Assembly (NCBI GenBank): GCA_963775425.1
Contig: CAVZJB010000013.1
Span: forward strand, 160,001 to 224,000
DNA length: 64,000 bases
Source of the DNA: an uncultured delta proteobacterium
GTDB lineage: Bacteria > Myxococcota > UBA727 > VGSZ01
Direction: 5' to 3'
Shown here: positions 1 through 10,904 of the stretch, in pieces
Layout of the letters: the number at the start of each line of letters is the position of its first letter
Numbering within the stretch: the first letter of the stretch is position 1
The notes under the pieces: generated by a model
The model's database searches: none
Told to the model about the DNA's origin: nothing
What the model saw: only the letters and a program-made list of their open reading frames with translations
Position numbers and translations under genes: made by a program

Positions 1-294
1 GACCGCGCGGTGCACGGCGCTGCCGACGAGGGCGCACGCGAACGCGGCGCCGATCCAACGGGTGCGCGAGCGCAGCGCGGGGCGGCGCACGAGGAAGAAC
101 AGCCAGCCCATCGCGAACGCGGGGACGGCGATGATGACCACCGCGCGCGGCGACAGCGGCGCGAAGCGCGCGTACGGATCCACCGCCCACGTCCACGCCG
201 TCCCGAGCGCCGACCACACCGCGGCGACCACGGCGCCGGTGAGCGCGGCGCCGCACAGCTCGAGGATGGCGAGGAGGGGGTAACGCGTGCGCAT
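1..294 (-). CDS. Membrane protein, partial (runs off window start)
   Basis: Manual translation from ATG at 294: MRTRYPLLAILELCGAALTGAVVAAVWSALGTAWTW...; three hydrophobic segments, GC3-biased codons, no stop before position 1. Confidence 0.65.
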   Translation of the reverse strand, partial: MRTRYPLLAILELCGAALTGAVVAAVWSALGTAWTWAVDPYARFAPLSPRAVVIIAVPAFAMGWLFFLVRRPALRSRTRWIGAAFACALVGSAVHRAV

Positions 295-389
295 GAGGCG
301 GCAACCGTCGAGGCGGCGAGGGGATTCCGCGCCGCACGCCCCGACGAGGCGGCCTTGCCGGCGGCGGCGCGACGGCGGAGAGTGCGCCG

Positions 390-839
390 GTGATCGAGAC
401 GCCGATCGGGCCCATGCGGGTGGTCGTCGACGGGGACGCCGTCGTCGAGATCGCGTTCGAGGCGGCGCGCGAGAGCCCCGAAGACGACGGCGCGCTCGTG
501 CGCGAGGCCGAGCGGCAACTGCGGGCGTACTTCGAGGAGAGGTCCTTTCGCTTCGACCTGCCGCTCGCGCCGCCGGGGACGCCGTTTCAAAAGCGCGTCT
601 GGGCGGCGCTGCTCGACATCCCCGCGGGCACCACCACGAGCTACGGCGCGCTGGCCGCCACGCTCGGATCCGGCCCCCGCGCGGTGGGGACGGCCAACGG
701 CTCGAACCCCGTCGCCGTCGTCGTCCCCTGCCACCGCGTCATCGGCAAGGACGGGTCGCTGACCGGCTACGGCGGGGGCCTGCCGCGCAAGCGCTGGCTG
801 TTGCACCACGAGGGCGCGCTCGGCTCCCTGGTGCCCTGA
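390..839 (+). CDS. ogt: Methylated-DNA--protein-cysteine methyltransferase
   Basis: GTPFQKRVW...IPAG.T.SYG...RAVG.ANG.NP...VPCHRVI...LTGYGGGL..KRWLL; PCHR active site. Confidence 0.95.
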   Translation: MIETPIGPMRVVVDGDAVVEIAFEAARESPEDDGALVREAERQLRAYFEERSFRFDLPLAPPGTPFQKRVWAALLDIPAGTTTSYGALAATLGSGPRAVGTANGSNPVAVVVPCHRVIGKDGSLTGYGGGLPRKRWLLHHEGALGSLVP

Positions 840-881
840 CGCAGCGCGCGGCCCACACCGCGATCGGGGTAGCGTCGCGCC

Positions 882-2630
882 ATGCTCCTCGCGCTCGTTC
901 TCGCGGCGGCCGCGCCGGCGGGGCTCCCCTCCACCATCGACATCCCCACGCGCACCCAGGCGGTGAACCTCTTCGGCGAGTACGCGCTCGACGGCGGGCT
1001 GCTCTACCACCGCAAGGGCGACAAGGCCCCGTGGGCGCTCGTGGACGGCGTCGGCCTGCCGAACCTCGACGGCAAGGTGCTGCCCCAGGTGAAGGGCAAG
1101 CTCACGCGCGTGTTCGCCGACGGAAACGTCGTCGCCGTCGTCGACGAGGACGACCAGGTCTTTCGCTTCGACATCAACTTGCACGTGCTCGACTTCGAGC
1201 CCACGCTGTACGCGTGGCGCACCGAGTGGGGCGGGCCCGGCATGCTCAAGCTCCGCAAGGACCTGCGATCGGTGAGCTACGGCCGCCGCAGCATCCTGAA
1301 CGTCGGCGTCGTCGAGGACCGCTTCGGACACCGCATGCTGGCGTCCAACCCGTCGTCGCTCATCAGCTTCTTCCATGAAAACGGCACGTCGGGCCTGATG
1401 CACTTCTACGGGCTGTCCCAAGACGGCCGGCGCTTGTTCTTCGCCGACAACGGCCTCACCGAGGTGTTCAACTACGAGTTCGATCTGCCCGCCGCGGAGG
1501 ACTTCAAGGGCGTGGCGGTGACGTCGAGCGCGTCGATGGTCGTCGTGCTCGACACCCTCGGGCGCTTCTGGGCCAAGTTCCTCGACTTCGACTGGGCCGG
1601 CAGCAACCCCATGATGTTCGAGTACTCCTACGTCGACGACGACGCGCCGCCCAAGGACGACGAGCTCGAGGGCTTCGGGCGCATCCACCTGCCGCTGCCC
1701 GACTGGCGGGAGCTGCCGGCGCTGTCGCCGCCGCCGGGCGCGTCGTGGTCGTCGGAGATGGGCATGGCCGTCACCGGCAACGGCAACGAGGCGCGCGAGC
1801 TGCGCGTGCGCGGCAAGGACGCGCACGGGGCGTGCGGCCTGTGGGTGCTCGACCTCGCCGGCCCGCAGCGCGCCGGCGCCTGGCGCTTCCGCGAGACGGG
1901 GATCTGCCCGGCGGCGCCGTTTGTCCCCGCCGAGCGCGAAGCGAAGGTGAAGCGCACAAAGACCCTCGCGGGGACGCTCGTGTTCGACGGCGCCCGGCTC
2001 CCCGCCACGCTCGAGCGCTACTCGCTCGTAGACTCGCCCGCGCGCCTCACGCTGCGCGATCCCCACACGGGCGAGGCGGTGTTTCGCGGCAAGCTCCACC
2101 TCGTCACGGCCTGGTCGCCAGCGCGCGTGCAGGACCCCGGGCGCGACGGGCGCTACAAGATGTTCTACGCCACCGTCGAGGCGGATGAGGGCTTCGCCGA
2201 CAGCGCCTTCGCCCGCGCCTACAACCTGCAGGCGTTCGCGCTCACGGCGTACGGCGCACAGGACGAAGTGGTGCTCAAGCCGCTGCGCAAGGACGCGCTG
2301 ATGGGCAAGCTCGTCGACAAAAACGGCGGCTTCCCCGACGAGGTCGCCGCGTACATCTTCCACGCACCGCGCGGCGTGCGCGGCGCGTGCGACGACGTCC
2401 GCGCGCGCGTGGCCGAGGACCAACGGCAATTCCTCGAGGTCACCGCCGCCACCCCCGCGTTGAACCTCTTCGGCTTGGTGACGGGGACGCGCTTTTGGTA
2501 CTACCACGGCGTCTCCATGATCCCGCCGCTCGGCCGGATGATGGACTGGGGCACGCGCCTCTTCTACGACCGCTACCGCCTCTCGCAGCTCGAGATGTCT
2601 CTCGTCGACCGGCACTGCGCCGCCGAGTAG
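882..2630 (+). CDS. Secreted hypothetical protein (582 aa)
   Basis: Short signal peptide MLLALVLAAAAP, strong codon bias, TAGCGT box 6 nt upstream; no family recognised. Confidence 0.8.
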   Translation: MLLALVLAAAAPAGLPSTIDIPTRTQAVNLFGEYALDGGLLYHRKGDKAPWALVDGVGLPNLDGKVLPQVKGKLTRVFADGNVVAVVDEDDQVFRFDINLHVLDFEPTLYAWRTEWGGPGMLKLRKDLRSVSYGRRSILNVGVVEDRFGHRMLASNPSSLISFFHENGTSGLMHFYGLSQDGRRLFFADNGLTEVFNYEFDLPAAEDFKGVAVTSSASMVVVLDTLGRFWAKFLDFDWAGSNPMMFEYSYVDDDAPPKDDELEGFGRIHLPLPDWRELPALSPPPGASWSSEMGMAVTGNGNEARELRVRGKDAHGACGLWVLDLAGPQRAGAWRFRETGICPAAPFVPAEREAKVKRTKTLAGTLVFDGARLPATLERYSLVDSPARLTLRDPHTGEAVFRGKLHLVTAWSPARVQDPGRDGRYKMFYATVEADEGFADSAFARAYNLQAFALTAYGAQDEVVLKPLRKDALMGKLVDKNGGFPDEVAAYIFHAPRGVRGACDDVRARVAEDQRQFLEVTAATPALNLFGLVTGTRFWYYHGVSMIPPLGRMMDWGTRLFYDRYRLSQLEMSLVDRHCAAE

Positions 2631-2634
2631 CCGC

Positions 2635-3213
2635 TCAGCTCAAGATCACGGCGGCGCAAGCGGCGAGGACGACGGCGTCGACGGCGACGGCGGCCACGGC
2701 GTGGACGCGGGCGCGCGGAGACAGCTCGGCCCTCTTGCGCCAGACGCCGGCGAGGAGCGCGAGCGACCACAGGTGGCCGACGGGCGGCAGGAACACGAGC
2801 CCGATGACCGCCGCCTTCAGCGCGCGCAGCGCGGCGGCGTCCGGGCCCGCCGGGGCGAGCGCCGCGGCCTCGGCGCGCGCGCCGGCGTCGAGGTCCTGCG
2901 GCGGCGCGCTCGCCATGGCGGCGGCGTCGAGGTCCTCGAACGTCGACGGCGAAAACAGGATGGCGCGCGCGGCCTCGAGGTCGTTTTGGCAGACGACGAC
3001 CTTGGCGCCGCCGAGCGCCATGGACAGGTGCGTGGCGATGCCCACCGTGTTTCCGTCGACGATGCGCGCGGCGATGCCGTCGGTCTCGAGGCGGCCCCGG
3101 GCCATCTCGGCCTCGAGCACGGTGTCGAACGCCGCGACGATGGCCTCGTCCTCCGTCGACAGCGCCGCGGCCGTCGACATCGGCGCCGCCGAGGTGCGCG
3201 GGAGTGTCGCCAT
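2635..3213 (-). CDS. DUF2007-like (putative signal-transducing) membrane protein
   Basis: FDTVLEAEMARGRLETDGI...GGAKVVV...DLEAARAIL pattern plus C-terminal TM helices. Confidence 0.7.
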   Translation of the reverse strand: MATLPRTSAAPMSTAAALSTEDEAIVAAFDTVLEAEMARGRLETDGIAARIVDGNTVGIATHLSMALGGAKVVVCQNDLEAARAILFSPSTFEDLDAAAMASAPPQDLDAGARAEAAALAPAGPDAAALRALKAAVIGLVFLPPVGHLWSLALLAGVWRKRAELSPRARVHAVAAVAVDAVVLAACAAVILS

Positions 3214-3222
3214 CCAGAAAGC

Positions 3223-4856
3223 CTAGCGTGCCCGGGCGCGGCCGGCATCGGGGGACACCGCGATCCGTCCCGGCCCGACGGCGCCCACCGCGGGCGCCCG
3301 CCGAGGCGCGGTGATGCGCGCGCGGATGGCCGCGAGGGGCGCGCGGTCGTCGAGGTGTGCGCCGCCGACGGCGTCGATGCTGACGCCGAGGTCGCGCAGG
3401 ACGGCGGCCGTCTCCGGAAAGGGCCGCGCGCGTTCGCGCTGCCAGACGGCGAGGAGCGCGCGCGCGGCGACGGCGGCCTCCGGGTCCGCGCCGGCGGCGG
3501 CGGCGTCGAGCAGCTCCTTGGCGCCGCGCGCGTGATCGTCGACCGTGACCATGCCGCGGAGCGCGCGCACGAGGTCGTCGAGGGACGCGCCTTGTCTGCG
3601 CGCCTCCACCTCGGCGAGGAGCATGACGCCCGCGCCGCCCCAGTAGGCGTGCTGATACGCGCCCATCTCGTGCATGCCCGCGGACGCGTCTTCGAGGCTC
3701 ATGCCGTCCACGGCGGCGCGCGCCTCTCCGGTGGCGAGCCCGCGGCACAGCTCGCGCCAGTAGGCGGCGTCGTCTTCGAGCATGCCGGCGCGCCGCGCGA
3801 GCAGGTCCTGGTAGAGCGTGGCGAGGCCCTCGTTGAGCCACGCGTCGCGCTGCGCGACGGGCGGCAGCAAGGGGTGGCTGAGCTCGTGGGTGAGCGCCCA
3901 GCGGCCGGTGGCGTCGAGGTCGTCGTCGGCGATGTCCGGGGCGCCCTCGCCGACGAAGAACGTGGCGGTGTCGCCGCCGCCCCGCGAGAAGAAGCCGACG
4001 ACGATGGGGCTCGTGACGTGCGTGGGGATGACGAGCACGTTCACGCGCGGCACCGGATAGTGCCCGAGCACCGACGACACCGCGTTCGCCGACAGCGACA
4101 GCCACGACGACAGCTCCTCGGGGGCGCGGCCGTCGTCGAGGCGGGCGATGGTGAAGCGGGCGCCGCCGGCGTCGAGGGTCTCGGTGGTGAAGCGGCCAAA
4201 GACGGTGTCGCTCTTGAGCGCGTACGTCGCCGGCGTGACCTCGTAGCGCGCGCCGCTCGCCGGCGGCTTCCAGGGCACGAGCGCGTCGAAGGGCGCGGCG
4301 TCGATCCTCACGTACAGGCGCGCGGACGGCTCGAGCGGCTCGGGGCGCCACAGCCACAGGTCGGGCGTGATGACGAGGTCGTCGCCGGCGCGCAGCGCGA
4401 GGTCGCGATCGTCGACGGAGTCGGCGAGGCGGCCGACGTCGACGACGAGCCGCGCGCAGCCCTCGACGCCCTGGGTGCGGACGCCGTCGACGTCGACGAC
4501 GAGCTTGCGGCCCGCGTCGTCGACGGCGGACACGAGGAACGGCAGCGCGCGCCGGCTCTCGGGCGTCAACCGGCGCGGCCAGGACGTGCGCGGGCAGTAG
4601 CGCAGCGACACGCCGCCGACGTTGCCGCTGTCGTCGGGGAGCACGCCGACGTCGACGTCGAGCAGCACGGGCGGCGCGGGGGCCGGCGCGGGCGCGGGCG
4701 CGGCGGTGGCGCAGCCGGCGGCGAGGGCGACGAGGGCGACGACGGCGGCGACGGCCGCGCGCCGGGGCGGGGGGTCGTCTTCGCGGAGCGCGCGCGGCAC
4801 AGAGGCGGCGCCGGCGGCACCCGGGGCGCCCGCGGCGCGGCGCCCGACGACGATGC

Positions 4857-4860
<4 letters not shown>
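3223..4860 (-). CDS. Lipoprotein gluzincin metallopeptidase (M61/M1-like)
   Basis: Lipobox LVALAAGC; THELSH...WLNEGLATLY (HExxH-x18-E); GTG start overlaps romR stop (GTGA at 4857-4860). Confidence 0.75.
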
Positions 4861-6284
<1,424 letters not shown>

Positions 6285-6364
6285 GGCCCGGGTTTAGCCC
6301 GCTTGACGCCTTGGGCTCAAGAAAGCGCTACCATGGTGCCCGGATGAAGCGGCCGCTCTAGCCG

Positions 6365-7021
6365 ATGAGACCCGCCCGCGCTCCCTCGCCGACGGAGGCC
6401 GACGGAGGCGCACCGGTGACGGTGCGCTACCTCGCCGTCCGGGCGGGACCCTTCCGGCTCGGCCTCCCCCTCGAGGCTGTGCGCCAGATCCTCGACGCCG
6501 GCGGCGAGCAGGCGCAGGCGCCGTCGGACCCGCGCGCCCTCGGCGTGCTCCCGCTCTCGCTCGCCGAGCTCCTCGGCGCCGAGCCCCTCGAGCGGCGCCC
6601 GGCGCTCCTGCTGTTCGACGGGCACACCGGTCCCGTGCTTTTGTCCACGTGCGTCCTCGGCGCCGTCGTCGACGCGCCGCCGCCGCGCCCGCTGCCGCGC
6701 ACGGTGGCGTGCCGCTGGCCGGGGCTCATCCGCGGCGTCATCGACGACGACGACGCCACCGCCATCGACACGAGCGCGCTCGACACCGGCGCCGTCGACA
6801 CGGGCGCCCGCGACACCGGCGCCGTCGACACCGGCGCCCGCGACACCGGCGCCCGCGACACCGGCGCCGTCGACGCGAGCGCCATCGACGCGGGCGACGT
6901 CGACGGCGGCGCCGCCGTCGCCCGGCCGCGCCGGCGCCGGCTGCGCCTGGTGCTCGACCCGCGCGTGCTCATGGGCCTCGTCGAGGCCGCCGGCGAGGCG
7001 CCGCAGGAGGGCGCGCCGTGA
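6365..7021 (+). CDS. CheW-like protein with internal pentapeptide repeat
   Basis: YLAVRAGPFRLGLPLEAVRQIL at N-terminus and GVID...LRLVLDP at C-terminus resemble CheW; DTGA(V/R) repeat inserted. Confidence 0.55.
   Translation: MRPARAPSPTEADGGAPVTVRYLAVRAGPFRLGLPLEAVRQILDAGGEQAQAPSDPRALGVLPLSLAELLGAEPLERRPALLLFDGHTGPVLLSTCVLGAVVDAPPPRPLPRTVACRWPGLIRGVIDDDDATAIDTSALDTGAVDTGARDTGAVDTGARDTGARDTGAVDASAIDAGDVDGGAAVARPRRRRLRLVLDPRVLMGLVEAAGEAPQEGAP
6765..6905 (+). repeat. 15-bp tandem repeat (GACACCGGCGCC-GTC/CGC) encoding DTGAV/DTGAR
   Basis: About 9 degenerate units read directly in sequence. Confidence 0.85.
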
Positions 7022-7464
7022 CCCAGGGACAGGTGCTCGTCTTTCGCGCCGGCGGCATGCGCCTCGGCGTCTTCCTCGCGGAGGTGGGCCGCCTGCTCGT
7101 CGAGGACGAGCTCGTCGCCGTGCCGTTCGCGCACCCCGCGATGGTCGGATTGCTCGTGGCGGACGAGGACGGCCCGGTGCCGGTGTTCGACCTCGGCGGC
7201 CTCATCGGCGAGAGCGCGCCCGCTTCGGCGCAGCGACGCACCGTCGCGCTCTTCCCGACGGCCAAGGGCCCGGTGGGCCTCCGCCTCGACGAGCTGCTCG
7301 GCACCGCTGCCTCGTACGAGGCCCTCGACGACGACGCCACCGGCGCGCTGCACGACGGCGTCGCCGCCGCGCTGTTGAGCACCGTCACCGGCGCCGCGCG
7401 CTCCACCGACGGCGCCTTCAGCTTCTTTTCGCCCGACGCGTTCCTGGCCGGCCTCGCCCTTTAG
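7018..7464 (+). CDS. CheW-like protein
   Basis: VLVFRAGGMRLGVFLAEV...VPFAHPAMVGLL...VPVFDL...VGLRLDELLG; GTGA overlap with upstream gene. Confidence 0.7.
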   Translation: MTQGQVLVFRAGGMRLGVFLAEVGRLLVEDELVAVPFAHPAMVGLLVADEDGPVPVFDLGGLIGESAPASAQRRTVALFPTAKGPVGLRLDELLGTAASYEALDDDATGALHDGVAAALLSTVTGAARSTDGAFSFFSPDAFLAGLAL

Positions 7465-7474
7465 CCGGGAGCGC

Positions 7475-8686
7475 TCACTCCCTGGGGAGCGTGGCGTTTT
7501 CGTAGCCGACCATCGTCGCCGGGATGATGGTGGCGGCCGCCAGGCCGAGGCCCGCGCCGACCACCGCGCCGACGTCGCCGGTGGCGATGAAGCCCAGCGC
7601 CGCGCGGTTGCTGGGCGCGTCCTGGTTGAGCTGCCGGATGAGGTCGACGCCGGCGAACAGGATGCTCGCAGTGTAGATGGCGCCCGCGCCGAGGACGGCG
7701 CCGGTGGGAGCCCAGGGCTCGCTGCCGTCGAGGAGGAACTGCGTGGACACGCCGGTGCCCACGGCCGCGGCGATCGGCGGAACGAACGCCAACGCCGCCA
7801 CCGCCGAGCGCTCGCCGAAGCTGGCGGGCGGCCCTTTGGTGCCGTCGACCTTCTCGATGAACACGCCGTAGCCGCCGGACACCGCGAGCCCCGCGAGGAA
7901 GAAGGCGCTCGTGATGGCCGGGACGCCGATGAGCGCGTAGACGAAGCGCACGGGCCGCGAGAAGCGCTCGCTCGCCTTCATGTCGAGCGCGACCTCGGAG
8001 CCCGGCGCGATCTCGAGCCGCCGAGGCTCGCTGCGCGTGCCTTCGTGGGCGAGCTCCCCGACGTCGTCGGAGGCGGTGATGTACCAACGGATGTGCAGGC
8101 CGGTGGTGGACCGCGTGAACGTCCCCGGGATGGTGGTCCTCCACGTCCCGTCCGCGCCGCGGGCGAGGGGGATGCCGTAGGGCTCGCGCTCGCCCTCCTT
8201 GATGAAGTCGAGGCGCATGCTCTTCACGGCCTTGTTCGGGTCGGTGACGTCGACGGCGAAGTCGGCGCGCTCGCCGCCGGAGACGTTGAGCGGGTCATGC
8301 ACGAGGAGCCGAACGCTCTGTTGCAAGGCCTCGCGCTCCTTGCGCTTGCCGTCTTCGATGGCCTTCCTGCGCTCGGCGCGCGCGGCGTCGACGAGGTATT
8401 CGACCTTGGGCTCGATGGGGATGGGGCTTCGAGCGTCGACGTCGAGGAGGAAGATGTCCGCCAGCACCTTCTGCGCCTCGACGACGTGGTTGGTGAGGAC
8501 GAGGCAGTAGCCCTCGATGAACATGGCGTCGATCTTTTCGGCCTGCGTGGCCGTCTGGTCCGCGGCCACGCCCTGCGCGACGGTGAGGGCCTCGGCGTAC
8601 GAGAGCTCGTCGACGAGCGCCTTGGCCCTGGCGATGTCGTCGGCGGGCGCGCCCCCGAGGAGGCCCGCGAGGACGAGCGCGATCAC
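7475..8686 (-). CDS. Exported TPR-like/Ig-like protein with C-terminal hydrophobic helices
   Basis: Signal MIALVLAGLLGGAPA, helical repeat-like N-terminus, beta-rich middle, hydrophobic C-terminus; coupled to kinase gene by GTGA. Confidence 0.65.
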   Translation of the reverse strand: MIALVLAGLLGGAPADDIARAKALVDELSYAEALTVAQGVAADQTATQAEKIDAMFIEGYCLVLTNHVVEAQKVLADIFLLDVDARSPIPIEPKVEYLVDAARAERRKAIEDGKRKEREALQQSVRLLVHDPLNVSGGERADFAVDVTDPNKAVKSMRLDFIKEGEREPYGIPLARGADGTWRTTIPGTFTRSTTGLHIRWYITASDDVGELAHEGTRSEPRRLEIAPGSEVALDMKASERFSRPVRFVYALIGVPAITSAFFLAGLAVSGGYGVFIEKVDGTKGPPASFGERSAVAALAFVPPIAAAVGTGVSTQFLLDGSEPWAPTGAVLGAGAIYTASILFAGVDLIRQLNQDAPSNRAALGFIATGDVGAVVGAGLGLAAATIIPATMVGYENATLPRE

Positions 8687-10344
8687 TTCCCGGCCCGCTT
8701 GGCGACGCGACAGCGAATCGTGGTGGTGGTCGGACCGACGATGAACTCCTCGGAGTGCTGCCGGCCGTGCGCGTCGACGAACACGACGACGTGCTTGCCG
8801 AAGCTGAGCTCCCGGTTGAGCACCGGCAGGTCGCCGATGTCGTTGCCGTCGAGGGTCGCCGACTGCGACGCCTCCGGGCAGCCGATGTTCAGGTGCACGG
8901 ACCCGACCTCGCTCGCCGCGTCCCCCTTCCGCGCCGCGCGCCGCGCGTCGCGCGCCTCACGCCAGTCGGCCCGCGCGCGGTGCCGGGCCGTCTCCGGCGG
9001 CGCTTGCGGCGCGGTCTGCGGCGGCGGCGCGGGCGGCGCGGGCGGCGCGGGCGCCGGCGGCGCCGCGGGCGGCGCGGGGACGATCGCCACGGCCGAGGCG
9101 ACCGGCGGGCGCGCGCCGCCGGTGTCGGTCGCGGTGCGCGCGCGCGCCGCCGCCGCCTGCACCATCGTGTAGACGCCGACGCCGGCGCAGACGATGAACA
9201 CGAGGGCGACGACGCTGGCGACCGCGATGCGCCTGGGCGTCACCGCGCGCTTCACCTGGGACATCAGCTCGGGCAGGAGCTGCGAGTAGTCCGGCTGCGG
9301 CGTGAGCCCCTGCATCGCCGTCGACGGCGTCTGCGCCGTGAGCGGCATCGGCGTCTTGAACGGCACCACGCCCGTGGACGGCTTGTTCAGGTCCGTCGCC
9401 GTCATCGTCGCCTGGTGCGGCTCGAGCGACGACGGCGGCGGCGTGGGGTTTTGCAGCGCGCGCTGCGACTCCTCCGCGAGGTTCTTCAACGCGTCGAGCA
9501 GGCTGACGGCGTTTTGCGGGCGCTCGTCGGGGTTTTTGGCGAGCAGCCTGAGCACCAGCCGCTCGACGGGCCCGGGCACGGGCGAGTACGGCACGAAGGA
9601 CGTCGGCGTGGGCGCGGGCTCGTGGGCGTGGCGCATGGCCAGGGCGAACGCCGTCTTGGCGGTGAACGGCTTTTGCGCCGTCAGCATCTCGAACCAGGTG
9701 ACGCCGAGCCCGTAGAAGTCGGAGCGGGGATCGTCGGTGCGGCCCTCGAGCACCACCTCGGGCGCCACGTAGCCCGGCGTGCCGACGATGAGGCCCGTGC
9801 CCGTCATGTTGCTCGTGCCCGACTGCCCCTCGACGTGCGCCTGCTTGGCCACGCCGAAGTCCAGGAGCTTGGCGCGCTCCCCGTCGGCGCCGCGCACGAG
9901 CATGACGTTTTCGGGCTTGAGGTCCCGGTGGATGACGCCCTTGTCGTGCGCCGCCTGCAGGGCGCGCACCACCTGCTCGATGATCACCAGCGTGTCCTGC
10001 CAGCTCATCCGCCCGCGCGCGTCGAGCCGCTCGCGCAGCGTCTCGCCCTCGAGCAGCTCCATGGCGATCCACAGCAGGCCGCCGTCCTCGCCTGCGGCGA
10101 GCGAGGTGACGATGTTTTCGTGCTTGAGCTCGGTGACCAGCCGGGCCTCGCGCTTGAAGCGCGCCAGCGCCTGTGGGTCCTCCAGCAGGGCCTGGCGGAC
10201 GACCTTGACCGCCACCGCGCCGCCGCCTTCCTCGTCGCGCCCGGCGTAGACCTGGCCCATGCCGCCGCGCTTCAGCGGGCGCTCGACGCGGTACCGGCCC
10301 CCCAGAAGCCTGCCGGTGAGGTCGTCGGGCGAGGGTGTCTGCAC
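8683..10344 (-). CDS. Membrane Ser/Thr protein kinase with PEGA-like C-terminus
   Basis: GGMGQVY, VAVK, HRDLKPEN, DFG, GTPGYVAPE; one TM; start placed at GTG 10344 behind a TATGGT box (ATG 10356 is an alternative). Confidence 0.9.
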   Translation of the reverse strand: MQTPSPDDLTGRLLGGRYRVERPLKRGGMGQVYAGRDEEGGGAVAVKVVRQALLEDPQALARFKREARLVTELKHENIVTSLAAGEDGGLLWIAMELLEGETLRERLDARGRMSWQDTLVIIEQVVRALQAAHDKGVIHRDLKPENVMLVRGADGERAKLLDFGVAKQAHVEGQSGTSNMTGTGLIVGTPGYVAPEVVLEGRTDDPRSDFYGLGVTWFEMLTAQKPFTAKTAFALAMRHAHEPAPTPTSFVPYSPVPGPVERLVLRLLAKNPDERPQNAVSLLDALKNLAEESQRALQNPTPPPSSLEPHQATMTATDLNKPSTGVVPFKTPMPLTAQTPSTAMQGLTPQPDYSQLLPELMSQVKRAVTPRRIAVASVVALVFIVCAGVGVYTMVQAAAARARTATDTGGARPPVASAVAIVPAPPAAPPAPAPPAPPAPPPQTAPQAPPETARHRARADWREARDARRAARKGDAASEVGSVHLNIGCPEASQSATLDGNDIGDLPVLNRELSFGKHVVVFVDAHGRQHSEEFIVGPTTTTIRCRVAKRAGK

Positions 10345-10457
10345 GCGCTCGACCATAACACCCGTCGCGACCACGGGCTCGCGGGGGCGTGACCGGCGCT
10401 GCCTCACGGCGGCGCGCTTTCTTGACCGGGCGTCGGCGCGCAGAGTATCCCGTCGTC

Positions 10458-10904
10458 ATGCGGCGTGTGCTCGTCCTCCTCGCGTTCACCGCGGTCGTCG
10501 TGGGAACGACGAGCGGTTGTGGGCCGATCATCTCCTCGTACCTGATCGTCAACGCGCAGGCCGACCTCGACGGGGCCAAGGCCGCCGAGGCGCCGAAGTA
10601 CGCGGTCTACGAGTACACGGCCGCCGATCAGTACCTGCACAAGGCGCGCGAGGAGCAGGGCTACGCCGACTTCGGCCCCGCCATCGACTACGCCTACAAG
10701 GCCGAGGACCTGGCCGCCAAGGCGACCACGCGTGCACAGGAAGAGAAGAAGCGGCAGATGCAGCAGCCGGACGTGGCCCCCGAGTGGCAGGCGCCCGCCG
10801 AGGAGGGCAAGCAGCCCTCGGTGATCATCAAGAAGAAGGAAGAGCCCGCCATCAAGGTCAAGGTCGTCCCGATCCCGACCGAAGAAGGGCCCAAGCCGCA
10901 ATGA
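10458..10904 (+). CDS. DUF4398-family lipoprotein
   Basis: Lipobox TTSGC; A.A..AP.YA.YEYT.A..YL.KA.EE..Y.DF pattern; upstream of an OmpA gene. Confidence 0.75.
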   Translation: MRRVLVLLAFTAVVVGTTSGCGPIISSYLIVNAQADLDGAKAAEAPKYAVYEYTAADQYLHKAREEQGYADFGPAIDYAYKAEDLAAKATTRAQEEKKRQMQQPDVAPEWQAPAEEGKQPSVIIKKKEEPAIKVKVVPIPTEEGPKPQ